Positions 52,120-59,797 of a DNA stretch of 64,000 nucleotides are shown piece after piece. The translations under genes and the position numbers were made by a program. Origin of the DNA: a virus (lineage: Duplodnaviria; Caudoviricetes); IMG/VR virus record IMGVR_UViG_3300047561_001492, positions 6,103-70,102 of that record; one strand, written 5' to 3'. The notes beneath the pieces were generated by a model. The model had not been told where the DNA came from. It did no database searches and saw only the letters and a program-made list of their open reading frames with translations. The first letter of the stretch is position 1, and every line of letters begins with the position of its first letter.

Positions 52120-52923
52120 TTAATATTTAAGACCTAACTCCATAACATATTTTACAATACGATTTTTATAAAACATTTTATAATTACCTATTAAATGAAC
52201 TATTCTTCTTTTTCTAGAATTTTTGTATAAACTACTCCAACTACCTGGGTTTCCCAGAATATTTACAATTTTTTTATTGTCTTGTTTAAATAATTGGTAT
52301 AGCCACACCTGTTCAACTAAAACTGGTGGATAATAAAAATGTTCTTTATTTGTCTTAATATAATATGTATATAACTTATGTAAAAAATCAAAAGAATCCT
52401 TGTTTTCATAAACAAAATTTAATAAAAAATTTGCTTTTGATTTAATATATTCAAAATTTTGACCACCAAATATCGCACAATTATAAGATAAAGGTGTCAA
52501 ATCGAATCTATTTAAAGGGTGGAGTGGAAAAGCTCTTTGTAAACTTTCTGTTTTATCTAGAACGTATGTTTCAGTATGAAAGGCTATAATTTCGGAATTA
52601 AGAATTTTAGAGTCTATATTATTTTTTAAAATTAGATCGATATCTAAATGTAAAAAAGGTTCATTAATACTTTGTAAACTAAGAAATTTAGATAAACTCC
52701 ATAAACATTTAGGAATTTTATCTAATTCTGATTGAGATAATTCTGTGATATGGTCATACTCTACATTTTTAATAATATCTATACTCTTAGGATCCCCAAA
52801 AAAATGTGTGGTGTAACCATGTTTTTTTGCGAAATGATTAGATAATGCAGCTAATTCTGGATAAAGCCCGCCATCTGGTAACCACGAATTTTGGTTGAAA
52901 TAGTTGGTAAAAATTATTTTCAT
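52120..52923 (-). CDS. Probable glycosyltransferase-like protein (267 aa)
   Basis: 'LWSLSKF...PFLHLDIDL' DxD motif, 'YNCAIFGG'; adjacent to the GT-A gene. Confidence 0.55.
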   Translation of the reverse strand: MKIIFTNYFNQNSWLPDGGLYPELAALSNHFAKKHGYTTHFFGDPKSIDIIKNVEYDHITELSQSELDKIPKCLWSLSKFLSLQSINEPFLHLDIDLILKNNIDSKILNSEIIAFHTETYVLDKTESLQRAFPLHPLNRFDLTPLSYNCAIFGGQNFEYIKSKANFLLNFVYENKDSFDFLHKLYTYYIKTNKEHFYYPPVLVEQVWLYQLFKQDNKKIVNILGNPGSWSSLYKNSRKRRIVHLIGNYKMFYKNRIVKYVMELGLKY

Positions 52924-53010
52924 ATTTTCACTAATGCGTATAATTATAGAGATATGTACCGACTAAATTATAAAAAATAATTATAGTAATTAATCTTTTT
53001 GTAATAGAAG

Positions 53011-54336
53011 TTATCTAGTTTCGCGCCACTGTATATTTGCGCGCGTATTACTACTTCCAGCGCCGATTCCAGTCGCAACAATAACAAATACGTTACTATC
53101 TGTGCTGTCCATGTTTTGGCTGATGTATCCGCGCTTTGCACTTGAGATCGAAGCTGTTGCGCTAGTAGAGCTAAATTGTCCAGCGCCCTGTCCACCAGCA
53201 ATAATAAATCCTACATTGATTAACGTTCCACTGGTAAAATTAACTGATGTCGCGCCTTCATTATACTGAACAACACTGTCATTATTTGCACTCGTCCAAG
53301 TACCGCCACTTATTGAACCAGTACTTGGAAGCCGCCAAAATTCATAACTTATGGCATTATCTGCTGTATAAACATTTAGAGAGTTTGCGCGAACAACGCT
53401 TCGGTTTGGTTTACCATAATATCCAGTTTTTAGTGATATAGCTATTAATGGAAGTTTGCCCGCTGTAGTAACACTTCTTGACACGGTGTTTACTGCCGCA
53501 AAATCTACACCAGCTTCGCTGTAACCGCCCTCACTGATTACTGTGGCGCAAATTTGATCAAAGCTGTCTGTTCCAGCGGCTAGTCCAGAGTAATTTCTAA
53601 TTTCACAACGTACTGGTAGGTTTGGATTGCTCCAATAAACACTAGGCTTATTATTACTATTATAAAATTCATGTGCAATTATAATGTCGCCGTTATGAAC
53701 AAACCCCGCCCTGACTCTTCCTACTCCCAGCCATTGAAAATCAGCTGCAAATAACTGTGTTTGTGTGGTATTTAAATTAAAAAGTGATGGACCAGTACCA
53801 TCCAATTTGTCAATATTCCAACTGTTTTGCGTTACGGTTTCATCGTATACAGATCCAGAAACATTACTTCTTAAAACTATTGCTTTTGTGCCGTCGCCGC
53901 TTTGTAAGAAAAATATTCCATTATTATCATCAAATAGGCCGATACGTTTATTTGTGCCAAGTCTAGATCCTGTAAAATTAAAACTTTGAAGAGTCATTTG
54001 ACTTTTTCCTGGCATGTAGTGGTGATACATGCGACTCTGGTGAATTGTAAAATCATTTGCGCCAGTTCCTACGGTTAAGATGGCTTTGGCTTTTGTAATA
54101 TCAAAAGTAATGGCAGAACTTGTTCCACTGGTTTTTGCTAATAATTCAGTCTCTTCTCCATACACATGACTGTAATCCGCGAGCGTAAATGGGGTTGACA
54201 TTCTTTGGCGGCCAAAGGCGTCGATAGCGGCGGGTTCAAATTGATTAGTAATTGCTACTGTGGGGTTTACTACATTAACATTTAAAGGAGAGTTATTACC
54301 CTCCTGTTCTACTTTCCCTATATTTGTGATAGGCAT
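53011..54336 (-). CDS. Probable virion structural protein (441 aa)
   Basis: Beta-rich, 'DAFGRQRMSTPFTLADYSH'; GTGTAA box at 54346-54351. Confidence 0.65.
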   Translation of the reverse strand: MPITNIGKVEQEGNNSPLNVNVVNPTVAITNQFEPAAIDAFGRQRMSTPFTLADYSHVYGEETELLAKTSGTSSAITFDITKAKAILTVGTGANDFTIHQSRMYHHYMPGKSQMTLQSFNFTGSRLGTNKRIGLFDDNNGIFFLQSGDGTKAIVLRSNVSGSVYDETVTQNSWNIDKLDGTGPSLFNLNTTQTQLFAADFQWLGVGRVRAGFVHNGDIIIAHEFYNSNNKPSVYWSNPNLPVRCEIRNYSGLAAGTDSFDQICATVISEGGYSEAGVDFAAVNTVSRSVTTAGKLPLIAISLKTGYYGKPNRSVVRANSLNVYTADNAISYEFWRLPSTGSISGGTWTSANNDSVVQYNEGATSVNFTSGTLINVGFIIAGGQGAGQFSSTSATASISSAKRGYISQNMDSTDSNVFVIVATGIGAGSSNTRANIQWRETR

Positions 54337-54420
54337 GTAATTTAATTACACCAGAAATCGATAATTAATTTATTTTTATTAATTTTTTATACTATTACAG
54401 TGTTATTCCGTATTATTATT

Positions 54421-54600
54421 ATGGAATTTATGATGCCCAAAACTTGCGAGTTGTACGTCCCAGTAAATGATAGTGCTGGCGCACTACTTCCGTGTGGAAA
54501 ACGTGCCACAGAAGTCATACGTCTTGGCGACGAAATGCGCCGTTACCTTTGCCGCGAGCATTATGTGGACTTATACCCAGAACAAGTAACAGAATACTAA
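54421..54600 (+). CDS. Small Cys/His protein (~59 aa)
   Basis: 'TCE...PCGK...LCREHY'; followed by a terminator. Confidence 0.5.
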   Translation: MEFMMPKTCELYVPVNDSAGALLPCGKRATEVIRLGDEMRRYLCREHYVDLYPEQVTEY

Positions 54601-54602
54601 AT

Positions 54603-54640
54603 AAAAAACCCCCGCTTATTTCGAAACGGGGGCTTTTATT
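54603..54640. terminator. Bidirectional intrinsic terminator
   Basis: A tract, CCCCCG/CGGGGG stem, T tract, between convergent ORFs. Confidence 0.75.
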
Positions 54641-54653
54641 GTTTTATTTTCTA

Positions 54654-54845
54654 TTAAAGGAAAATAGCCGTCAAAATGCTCTTGGAGCACAGCTTTAATA
54701 CACGAAAACTGCGTTTCAAGGAATTTCTGAGTCTACCACCTTTAATTGGACGGAAATTGTAGTACCCTACCATTCCGTACGGACAAAATACCAATCCCAT
54801 ATGGTTAGCCTTATAATCTTCTTTCATTAGAACACCTCCTTTCAT
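54654..54845 (-). CDS. Hypothetical protein (63 aa)
   Basis: ORF track; ATGTAA variant box at 54855-54860. Confidence 0.4.
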   Translation of the reverse strand: MKGGVLMKEDYKANHMGLVFCPYGMVGYYNFRPIKGGRLRNSLKRSFRVLKLCSKSILTAIFL

Positions 54846-55003
54846 TCATATATATTACATTCATTTCTACGGTTTAACAAGTTACGATTCTGTCTTTATC
54901 ATATCTACAGTTAAATTAAAAATATCCGTAAAAAAATACCCCACGGAATTTTTAGATTTGTTATTTTATTATTAGGGTGTTTTCTCTGTACGGTTTTATA
55001 AAA

Positions 55004-55250
55004 GGGTAGGGTGGGGCGTGGGCGTACGTATATAGGAATATAATCGTTTGTATATGTATGTATAGGAATATGTATATATGATATATCAATATATTTGATA
55101 TAAATATTTTTATATAGAATAGTACTAGTAATAAGAGCAATGGGTTAAATTAAATGAATTAATAGAAAAAATGAGGAGATTGAAAACGGTCCCCCCCGCC
55201 CCCGAAAATTCAAACAGGCGTTCGATTTTTTTCAAAAAGTGGGGGGAGGG
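55004..55250. other. Non-coding late/early boundary with G/C tracts
   Basis: GGGTAGGGTGGGGCGTGGG at 55004-55022; CCCCCCCGCCCCC near 55191-55203; GGGGGGAGGG at 55241-55250; set in very AT-rich DNA. Confidence 0.6.
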
Positions 55251-55323
55251 TATCAACAAAAATAATTTACTCAACCGCAAAGATTTTTCTGGTGTTTCTC
55301 ATAGGGTCTGATATACTGCTTAC

Positions 55324-55497
55324 ATGATTAAGAACAGATACACCACGAAAGAGATCGGTCAGCTAGGCGCGCCCCTGTTCGCAGGCGTGAACGTGCGAAT
55401 CTATCGCGTGGTGACCAGCAAGGGAACGCTGGAATTCAAATGCCATCGCGTCCCAATGACCGACCTGTGGAACATCAACAAAAAAAAGTTACGCTAA
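55324..55497 (+). CDS. Hypothetical early protein (57 aa, below ORF-track cutoff)
   Basis: MIKNRYTTKEIGQLGAPLFAGVNVRIYRV...; ATG 6 nt after a -10 box. Confidence 0.7.
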   Translation: MIKNRYTTKEIGQLGAPLFAGVNVRIYRVVTSKGTLEFKCHRVPMTDLWNINKKKLR

Positions 55498-55545
55498 TCG
55501 AAAAAAATCCCTTTACAATCCATTAACCTCTGATAAATTAAAAGC

Positions 55546-55809
55546 ATGAAAGACATCAATACATCCTTCACCCTCAACGGAACAAGCTACAACATCGACG
55601 CGGAATTCTACGTCGATAGCGACATGAACTTTGAGATCGTCACACTCAACCTGTGGAATAACGATACGGACGCGGAAGTCTTGAGCTTCAAGGCTCCTTC
55701 GATCCTTCACCCTGTTCCTATGGAGTCCCTGTTCACTGACAAGGAACTGCAAAAGAAGGTCGATGACGTTATCCTCAACGAGATCGACCAAGGGATGGCG
55801 GGCTGGTAA
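55546..55809 (+). CDS. Hypothetical acidic early protein (87 aa)
   Basis: ORF track; leaderless promoter. Confidence 0.75.
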   Translation: MKDINTSFTLNGTSYNIDAEFYVDSDMNFEIVTLNLWNNDTDAEVLSFKAPSILHPVPMESLFTDKELQKKVDDVILNEIDQGMAGW

Positions 55810-55824
55810 GGCCCTCATCCTATA

Positions 55825-55839
55825 GCAGGAAGCGTGCCA
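55825..55839 (-). promoter_or_regulatory. Sigma54-type -24/-12 site, antisense to 55546..55809
   Basis: Minus strand TGGCACG-CTTC-CTGC; overlaps the terminator hairpin. Confidence 0.55.
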
Positions 55840-55867
55840 AGTCTTGCACTTGGTGCGCTTTTTGTTT
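55830..55867 (+). terminator. Intrinsic terminator
   Basis: AAGCGTGCCAAGT-CTTGC-ACTTGGTGCGCTT plus T tract (13-bp stem with G.U pairs). Confidence 0.75.
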
Positions 55868-55936
55868 GCATGATATGATAAATGATTCTCATCTTCGACC
55901 CAAGCCAACGCCTTAAGCACCACGAACAATTGCTAT

Positions 55937-56013
55937 GTAACCCCTTAAATATCAAGCACTTACGCGGCCGCGCCCCACCGCGCGACGTAACCTGTTGAAA
56001 ATCAACGTGTTAT
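55937..56013. repeat. 77-bp double-palindrome element, copy A
   Basis: Palindromic arm + GC core + palindromic arm (GTAACCCCTTAAATATCAAGCACTTACG...CGTAACCTGTTGAAAATCAACGTGTTAT). Confidence 0.9.
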
Positions 56014-56025
56014 GGAATATGCTAG

Positions 56026-56040
56026 GCAAGCGGCGTGCCA
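56026..56040 (-). promoter_or_regulatory. Sigma54-type promoter facing copy A
   Basis: TGGCACG-CCGC-TTGC, a perfect consensus; 12 nt from the element end. Confidence 0.7.
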
Positions 56041-56124
56041 AGTCGCGTGTCAAGCGAAAAAAATAAAAAAATAATTTTTAAAAAAATCCCTTGCGTTTTT
56101 GTAGGTCTGTGGTATAGTAGAAGC

Positions 56125-56298
56125 ATGATTAAGAACACAACCATCACACCACTAATGAAAGAAATCGCTGCGGAGGTCGCGCTTGAAACGGCGCATCTCG
56201 AAGCGGCTCTCGCCCTCATGGGCGGTAGCACGGAAGAATCGGAAAATGCTTGGAGAGATTCCGAAGTTGAGCGCATCGAAAGATTCCGCGACTTCTAA
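56125..56298 (+). CDS. Hypothetical early protein (57 aa; start 56125, not 56035)
   Basis: MIKNTTITPLMKEIAAEVALE...; ATG 6 nt after TATAGT. Confidence 0.75.
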   Translation: MIKNTTITPLMKEIAAEVALETAHLEAALALMGGSTEESENAWRDSEVERIERFRDF

Positions 56299-56342
56299 AA
56301 TAATCCCTTGACCTTAACACTAAAACAAACCACAATAACACC

Positions 56343-56558
56343 ATGACAAAAAAACACCTCGAAGCCTTTGCAAAAATCTTGGGCAAACGTCTCGCTGAAA
56401 AACAAAATGCTCCCATTGCGGAATATGAAGTTGTTGAAGTCCTCGCGTTGGACTTTGCGAAATACTTTGCCGAACAGAATCCGCGTTTCGATGAGGATCG
56501 CTTTCTGGAAGCGGTTTTCTCTGGAACCCCTAACATCCCTGTTGGATCATATAAATAA
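56343..56558 (+). CDS. Hypothetical early protein (71 aa)
   Basis: 'MTKKHLEAFAKIL...NPRFDEDRFLEA', a pattern common in small phage proteins. Confidence 0.75.
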   Translation: MTKKHLEAFAKILGKRLAEKQNAPIAEYEVVEVLALDFAKYFAEQNPRFDEDRFLEAVFSGTPNIPVGSYK

Positions 56559-56559
56559 A

Positions 56560-56742
56560 ATGATCACTCCCAACATCCAAAAAGCCCTTGAATCAAATGG
56601 TGTGCGTTTCTTCGCAAAAGATTTTCTCATGGAAGGCATGAGGAAAGATTGCGTTGACGCTGTGCATGACGCGCACCTTGTCTATAAACTTTTGCACGAA
56701 CGCATGGAAAAAATCCTTGCACACGATGAAAAAAACATCTAA
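56560..56742 (+). CDS. Hypothetical early protein (60 aa; start 56560)
   Basis: ATG 1 nt after the upstream stop; 'KDCVDAVHDA'. Confidence 0.7.
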   Translation: MITPNIQKALESNGVRFFAKDFLMEGMRKDCVDAVHDAHLVYKLLHERMEKILAHDEKNI

Positions 56743-56754
56743 CCTAAACACTCA

Positions 56755-57003
56755 ATGAATAAATACACATACACCACGGCGGTTGCTCTGATGAGCAGCC
56801 TTCTCACCCTCCTCGTAACCAGCGCGGCGTTCTTCGTGTTCATCGTCCTGCCCTTTAATCGGGCGGCGGTCGAAGGCGGACACGCTTACTGGCGCGTGAC
56901 CAACCCCGCGACAGGCTCAACGTCTTTCACTTGGGCAAAGCCTAACGCGAACATCTTCGACGAGATCGAGCAGCCCTTGGTCGCACCCTTGGCCGCGAAG
57001 TAG
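56755..57003 (+). CDS. Membrane-anchored early protein (82 aa)
   Basis: N-terminal hydrophobic helix; followed by a terminator. Confidence 0.7.
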   Translation: MNKYTYTTAVALMSSLLTLLVTSAAFFVFIVLPFNRAAVEGGHAYWRVTNPATGSTSFTWAKPNANIFDEIEQPLVAPLAAK

Positions 57004-57020
57004 TCGCGCCACACTCTCAC

Positions 57021-57055
57021 GCTTGGCACGCCCCGCGCGTGTCAAGCTTTTTTTT
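57021..57055 (+). terminator. Intrinsic terminator upstream of copy B
   Basis: GCTTGGCACGC-CCCGC-GCGTGTCAAGC-T8. Confidence 0.85.
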
Positions 57056-57073
57056 GCAAAAATCTTTTGTGTT

Positions 57074-57150
57074 GTAAGTCGTTAAATATCAAGCACTTAC
57101 GCCGCCACGCCCCGCCGCGCGGCGTAAGTCGTTGAAAATGAGGGGCTTAG
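57074..57150. repeat. 77-bp element, copy B
   Basis: GTAAGTCGTTAAATATCAAGCACTTACG-CCGCCACGCCCCGCCGCGCGG-CGTAAGTCGTTGAAAATGAGGGGCTTAG. Confidence 0.9.
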
Positions 57151-57162
57151 GCAATCTGCCAC

Positions 57163-57177
57163 GCAGATGCCATGCCA
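57163..57177 (-). promoter_or_regulatory. Sigma54-type promoter facing copy B
   Basis: TGGCATG-GCAT-CTGC; 12 nt from the element end. Confidence 0.6.
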
Positions 57178-57261
57178 ACTCGCGTGTCAAGCACAAAAAA
57201 AATATTTTTTTAATCGCAAAAAATCTCTTGCATTTTTGCGCGGCTGTGGTAGAGTGTATGC

Positions 57262-57444
57262 ATGACAAAGAAATTCTACACCAGTGGAGAGATCATCGAG
57301 TTCGCCACGAAAAACAAGGCGGCTTGCACGTTCGCATCGCTTGCCACGCGCACGTTCACCTACACCAACAAGGGCGGGCTTTTCTGTCTAGTCCAGTTTG
57401 ATCGGGTTGAACCGCTGGTCTGGAAAAAGCGCGTGAGAAAATAA
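57262..57444 (+). CDS. Hypothetical early protein (60 aa)
   Basis: ORF track; leaderless promoter. Confidence 0.7.
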   Translation: MTKKFYTSGEIIEFATKNKAACTFASLATRTFTYTNKGGLFCLVQFDRVEPLVWKKRVRK

Positions 57445-57492
57445 ATAAAAAAATCCCTTGACTTTTACTGCATCTCTGCTATACTTTTAACA

Positions 57493-57687
57493 ATGAAAAC
57501 ATACATCATCACCTTCACCAAAACTGGGGAGCTTCCTGTCATCATCAACGTCGAAGCGGCAACGCTTCGCACGGCAATCAACAAATCTGTTCGCCGCATC
57601 GAACAGATGAAAAAAAATCTGGACAAGAAAGGCTACGACTACGGCCACTTGTGCGGATTGGCGATTCAGTCCACATTCACCATCTAA
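57493..57687 (+). CDS. Hypothetical early protein (64 aa)
   Basis: ORF track; TTGACT-16-TATACT promoter. Confidence 0.7.
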   Translation: MKTYIITFTKTGELPVIINVEAATLRTAINKSVRRIEQMKKNLDKKGYDYGHLCGLAIQSTFTI

Positions 57688-57691
57688 TAAC

Positions 57692-57877
57692 ATGAAAAAG
57701 AAAACACCACAAAAAAGCCAAATCTGGAAAGTTGGCACACGTTGCTTCCGCATCGTTCGCATCGAAGGCAACCAAGCCGTTGTCCGTCATCACGACATCT
57801 TCGGAAAATTCTTCCTCGACGACTTGCGCCCCGCAAGCGCGGAAGACATCTCCGCATACTTCAAGAAAAACTCTTGA
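57692..57877 (+). CDS. Small beta-barrel (SH3/KOW-like) early protein (61 aa)
   Basis: 'WKVGTRCFRIVRIEGNQAVV'; its TGA is part of the next -35 box TTGACC. Confidence 0.6.
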   Translation: MKKKTPQKSQIWKVGTRCFRIVRIEGNQAVVRHHDIFGKFFLDDLRPASAEDISAYFKKNS

Positions 57878-57912
57878 CCTTTCAACCCTAACACGCTAAC
57901 ATCATCACCACT

Positions 57913-58149
57913 ATGAACAACACACAAGACGGAATCATCAAAGCCCTCGAAACGCTCGTCCTGCACAGCAACGCGCTTAAGGATCACAAAGAAAACCAAA
58001 CCCTCATCGGCAAAACTCTTGAGTTTCACCAGAAGCATCTGGAAGTTCACGAGCAAAAGCTCGACCTCCTATGCCACAGCATCACCACGCTCGCGCATGA
58101 GTTGCTGAAGCTCAAAGACACTAACAAAATCACCTTCGGAGTCAACTAA
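57913..58149 (+). CDS. Coiled-coil early protein (78 aa)
   Basis: Heptad pattern rich in His/Leu. Confidence 0.7.
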   Translation: MNNTQDGIIKALETLVLHSNALKDHKENQTLIGKTLEFHQKHLEVHEQKLDLLCHSITTLAHELLKLKDTNKITFGVN

Positions 58150-58150
58150 C

Positions 58151-58303
58151 ATGAGCAGAATTATAATGACCATAGACACGCGCCCCTTCGCGCGCGAGAT
58201 CGAACGTAGCGTTCGCAAGACCGCTTGCCGTCCATCATTCGCCCTGCGCGTGAAGAACGCCTACACGCGCAAGGCAAAACACAAACACGCACAAGACTAC
58301 TAA
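58151..58303 (+). CDS. Basic 50-aa protein with ArfA-like C-terminus
   Basis: MSRIIMTIDTRPFAREIERSVRKTACRPSFALRVKNAYTRKAKHKHAQDY; read by eye, below track cutoff. Confidence 0.6.
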   Translation: MSRIIMTIDTRPFAREIERSVRKTACRPSFALRVKNAYTRKAKHKHAQDY

Positions 58304-58365
58304 TGATCCCCATCATAGCCTGTGCGCTTTTCGTTTTCTATACTATCACACGAACCAAAATATAA
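58303..58365 (+). CDS. Possible 20-aa hydrophobic peptide
   Basis: MIPIIACALFVFYTITRTKI; TAATG coupling to the upstream stop. Confidence 0.4.
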   Translation: MIPIIACALFVFYTITRTKI

Positions 58366-58383
58366 TTTATAAAAATATAATCT

Positions 58384-58551
58384 ATGAACATAATCCAACG
58401 CACAACGGAAGTTATACTCAACGTAGTTGCCCTCTACACTCCCAAGCGCAAGCCCTCGTTGCTCGCGCAGAATATAACTTGGTTTAACTCTGCGGGTTGG
58501 GTCACGCGGCTTCACGCGAACGGAGATCTTGACTACTATCTTGTGAAGTAA
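58384..58551 (+). CDS. Hypothetical early protein (55 aa)
   Basis: MNIIQRTTEVILNVVALY...DYYLVK; its TAA lies in the left arm of copy C. Confidence 0.6.
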   Translation: MNIIQRTTEVILNVVALYTPKRKPSLLAQNITWFNSAGWVTRLHANGDLDYYLVK

Positions 58552-58624
58552 AGCGTTGAATATCAAGCACTTACGCCGCCGCGCCCCGCCGCTCGGCGTA
58601 AGTCGTTGAAAATCAGCACTTTAC
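58548..58624. repeat. 77-bp element, copy C
   Basis: GTAAAGCGTTGAATATCAAGCACTTACG-CCGCCGCGCCCCGCCGCTCGG-CGTAAGTCGTTGAAAATCAGCACTTTAC. Confidence 0.9.
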
Positions 58625-58636
58625 GCAACATGCTAC

Positions 58637-58651
58637 GCAGGTGCCGTGCCA
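58637..58651 (-). promoter_or_regulatory. Sigma54-type promoter facing copy C
   Basis: TGGCACG-GCAC-CTGC; 12 nt from the element end. Confidence 0.65.
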
Positions 58652-58753
58652 ACTTTGGATTCAAACGCGCGTTTGAAAAATCATCAACAAAAATACTTTC
58701 TAAAAATCGAAAAAAAAGCGTGCGTCTCGCGTGTGGCGTGCTATACTTCTCTC

Positions 58754-59005
58754 ATGGTTAATACAGACAACACCGCAAACACACAGCAACTCGACAACGT
58801 GATGCACACCGCGCGTGTCGCGCTCATCATGCGCATACGCCAAGGAATAAAAAATCGGCATGGGTTCCCCGCCTACTCTCGCAAGGGAATCCGTGAAGAC
58901 CTCCGCGCCTATCGCGTTCTCTCGAACGTGCTCGAAGTCAACGCGACCTTCTACACCTTCGACGAGTCGCAACTCCACAAGGTGAAAAAAGCCCTTGCCA
59001 AGTAA
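58754..59005 (+). CDS. Hypothetical early protein (83 aa; start 58754)
   Basis: MVNTDNTANTQQLDNVMH...; ATG 6 nt after TATACT. Confidence 0.7.
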   Translation: MVNTDNTANTQQLDNVMHTARVALIMRIRQGIKNRHGFPAYSRKGIREDLRAYRVLSNVLEVNATFYTFDESQLHKVKKALAK

Positions 59006-59030
59006 GGCGCAATCTGAAAAAATTCACACG

Positions 59031-59705
59031 ATGAAACTACTCGCAACAAACACCAAACTAGAAAAAAGCGTTGGCTACGGCTGGCGCACACTCGGACTCT
59101 CGCTCTCTCCCGCTGGCAAGAGTGGCAAACAATTCTGCCCGCATCGCTCGGCGGGATGCGAAGCCGCTTGCCTTGACACTTCAGGCATGGGCGTTTTTCA
59201 AATGGTGCAGGACGCACGGCTCGCCAAATCGCGTTACTTCATCGACAAGCGCGACGATTTTCTCGCACAGCTAAACCGCGAAATGCACAACGCGGAAAAA
59301 CTTTCCACGCGCACGAAAATCCCCGTGGCCGTTCGTCTGAACGTGCTTGCGGATCTTCCGTGGCACAAGCTAGTTGATATGGAAAAATTTTCCAACGTGC
59401 AGTTTTATGATTACACGCCGAACCTCGACCGCATGATGGAATTTTTGCGCGGCGAGTTGCCGAAAAATTATCATCTTACCTTCTCGCGCAAGGAGGACAA
59501 TCAACACAAGGTTCATGCCGTTCTCGCCGCTGGCGGCAACGTGGCCGTGGCGTTCAATCGTTTGCCAGAAACCTATCTCGGCTTGCCAGTCATCGACGGC
59601 GATAAAAGCGACTTGCGTTTTCTCGACGCGCAAAACGTGATCGTCGGACTCAAAGCCAAGGGCAAAGGCAAACACGATACCTCTGGCTTCGTGGTTCAAA
59701 TATAA
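59031..59705 (+). CDS. Gp88-like protein (mycobacteriophage gene 88 family) with Cx6Cx3C motif (224 aa; start 59031)
   Basis: 'TNTKLEKS...LSLSPA...CPHRSAGCEAACL...VRLNVLADLPW...QFYDYT...YHLTFS...GGNVAV...DGDKSDLRFLD...GLKAKG'. Confidence 0.75.
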   Translation: MKLLATNTKLEKSVGYGWRTLGLSLSPAGKSGKQFCPHRSAGCEAACLDTSGMGVFQMVQDARLAKSRYFIDKRDDFLAQLNREMHNAEKLSTRTKIPVAVRLNVLADLPWHKLVDMEKFSNVQFYDYTPNLDRMMEFLRGELPKNYHLTFSRKEDNQHKVHAVLAAGGNVAVAFNRLPETYLGLPVIDGDKSDLRFLDAQNVIVGLKAKGKGKHDTSGFVVQI

Positions 59706-59718
59706 ATAGAATGATGCC

Positions 59719-59796
59719 GTGACCATAATTCCAATTATACTCTGCGCCGTTCTCGTCTGCTTCATAATCTCCAACAACTCCAACCCTAAAAAATAA
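59719..59796 (+). CDS. Possible 25-aa hydrophobic peptide (GTG start)
   Basis: (M)TIIPIILCAVLVCFIISNNSNPKK; resembles 58303..58365. Confidence 0.35.
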   Translation: MTIIPIILCAVLVCFIISNNSNPKK

Positions 59797-59797
59797 T

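Larger units (their letters stand above)
4036..54860 (-). promoter_or_regulatory. Recurrent GTGTAA box upstream of late genes (putative late promoter)
   Basis: TTACAC on the + strand at 4036, 15917, 17982, 21639, 22864, 26450, 31198, 36141, 38890, 43520, 48634, 50042, 51312, 54346. Variants at 19202, 29697, 54855. GTGTAA on + at 48686. All lie 8-35 nt before a start codon. Confidence 0.75.

Noticed and set aside
1-54336. Stop-codon reassignment
   Set aside because: Genes are full length and tightly packed under the standard bacterial code.
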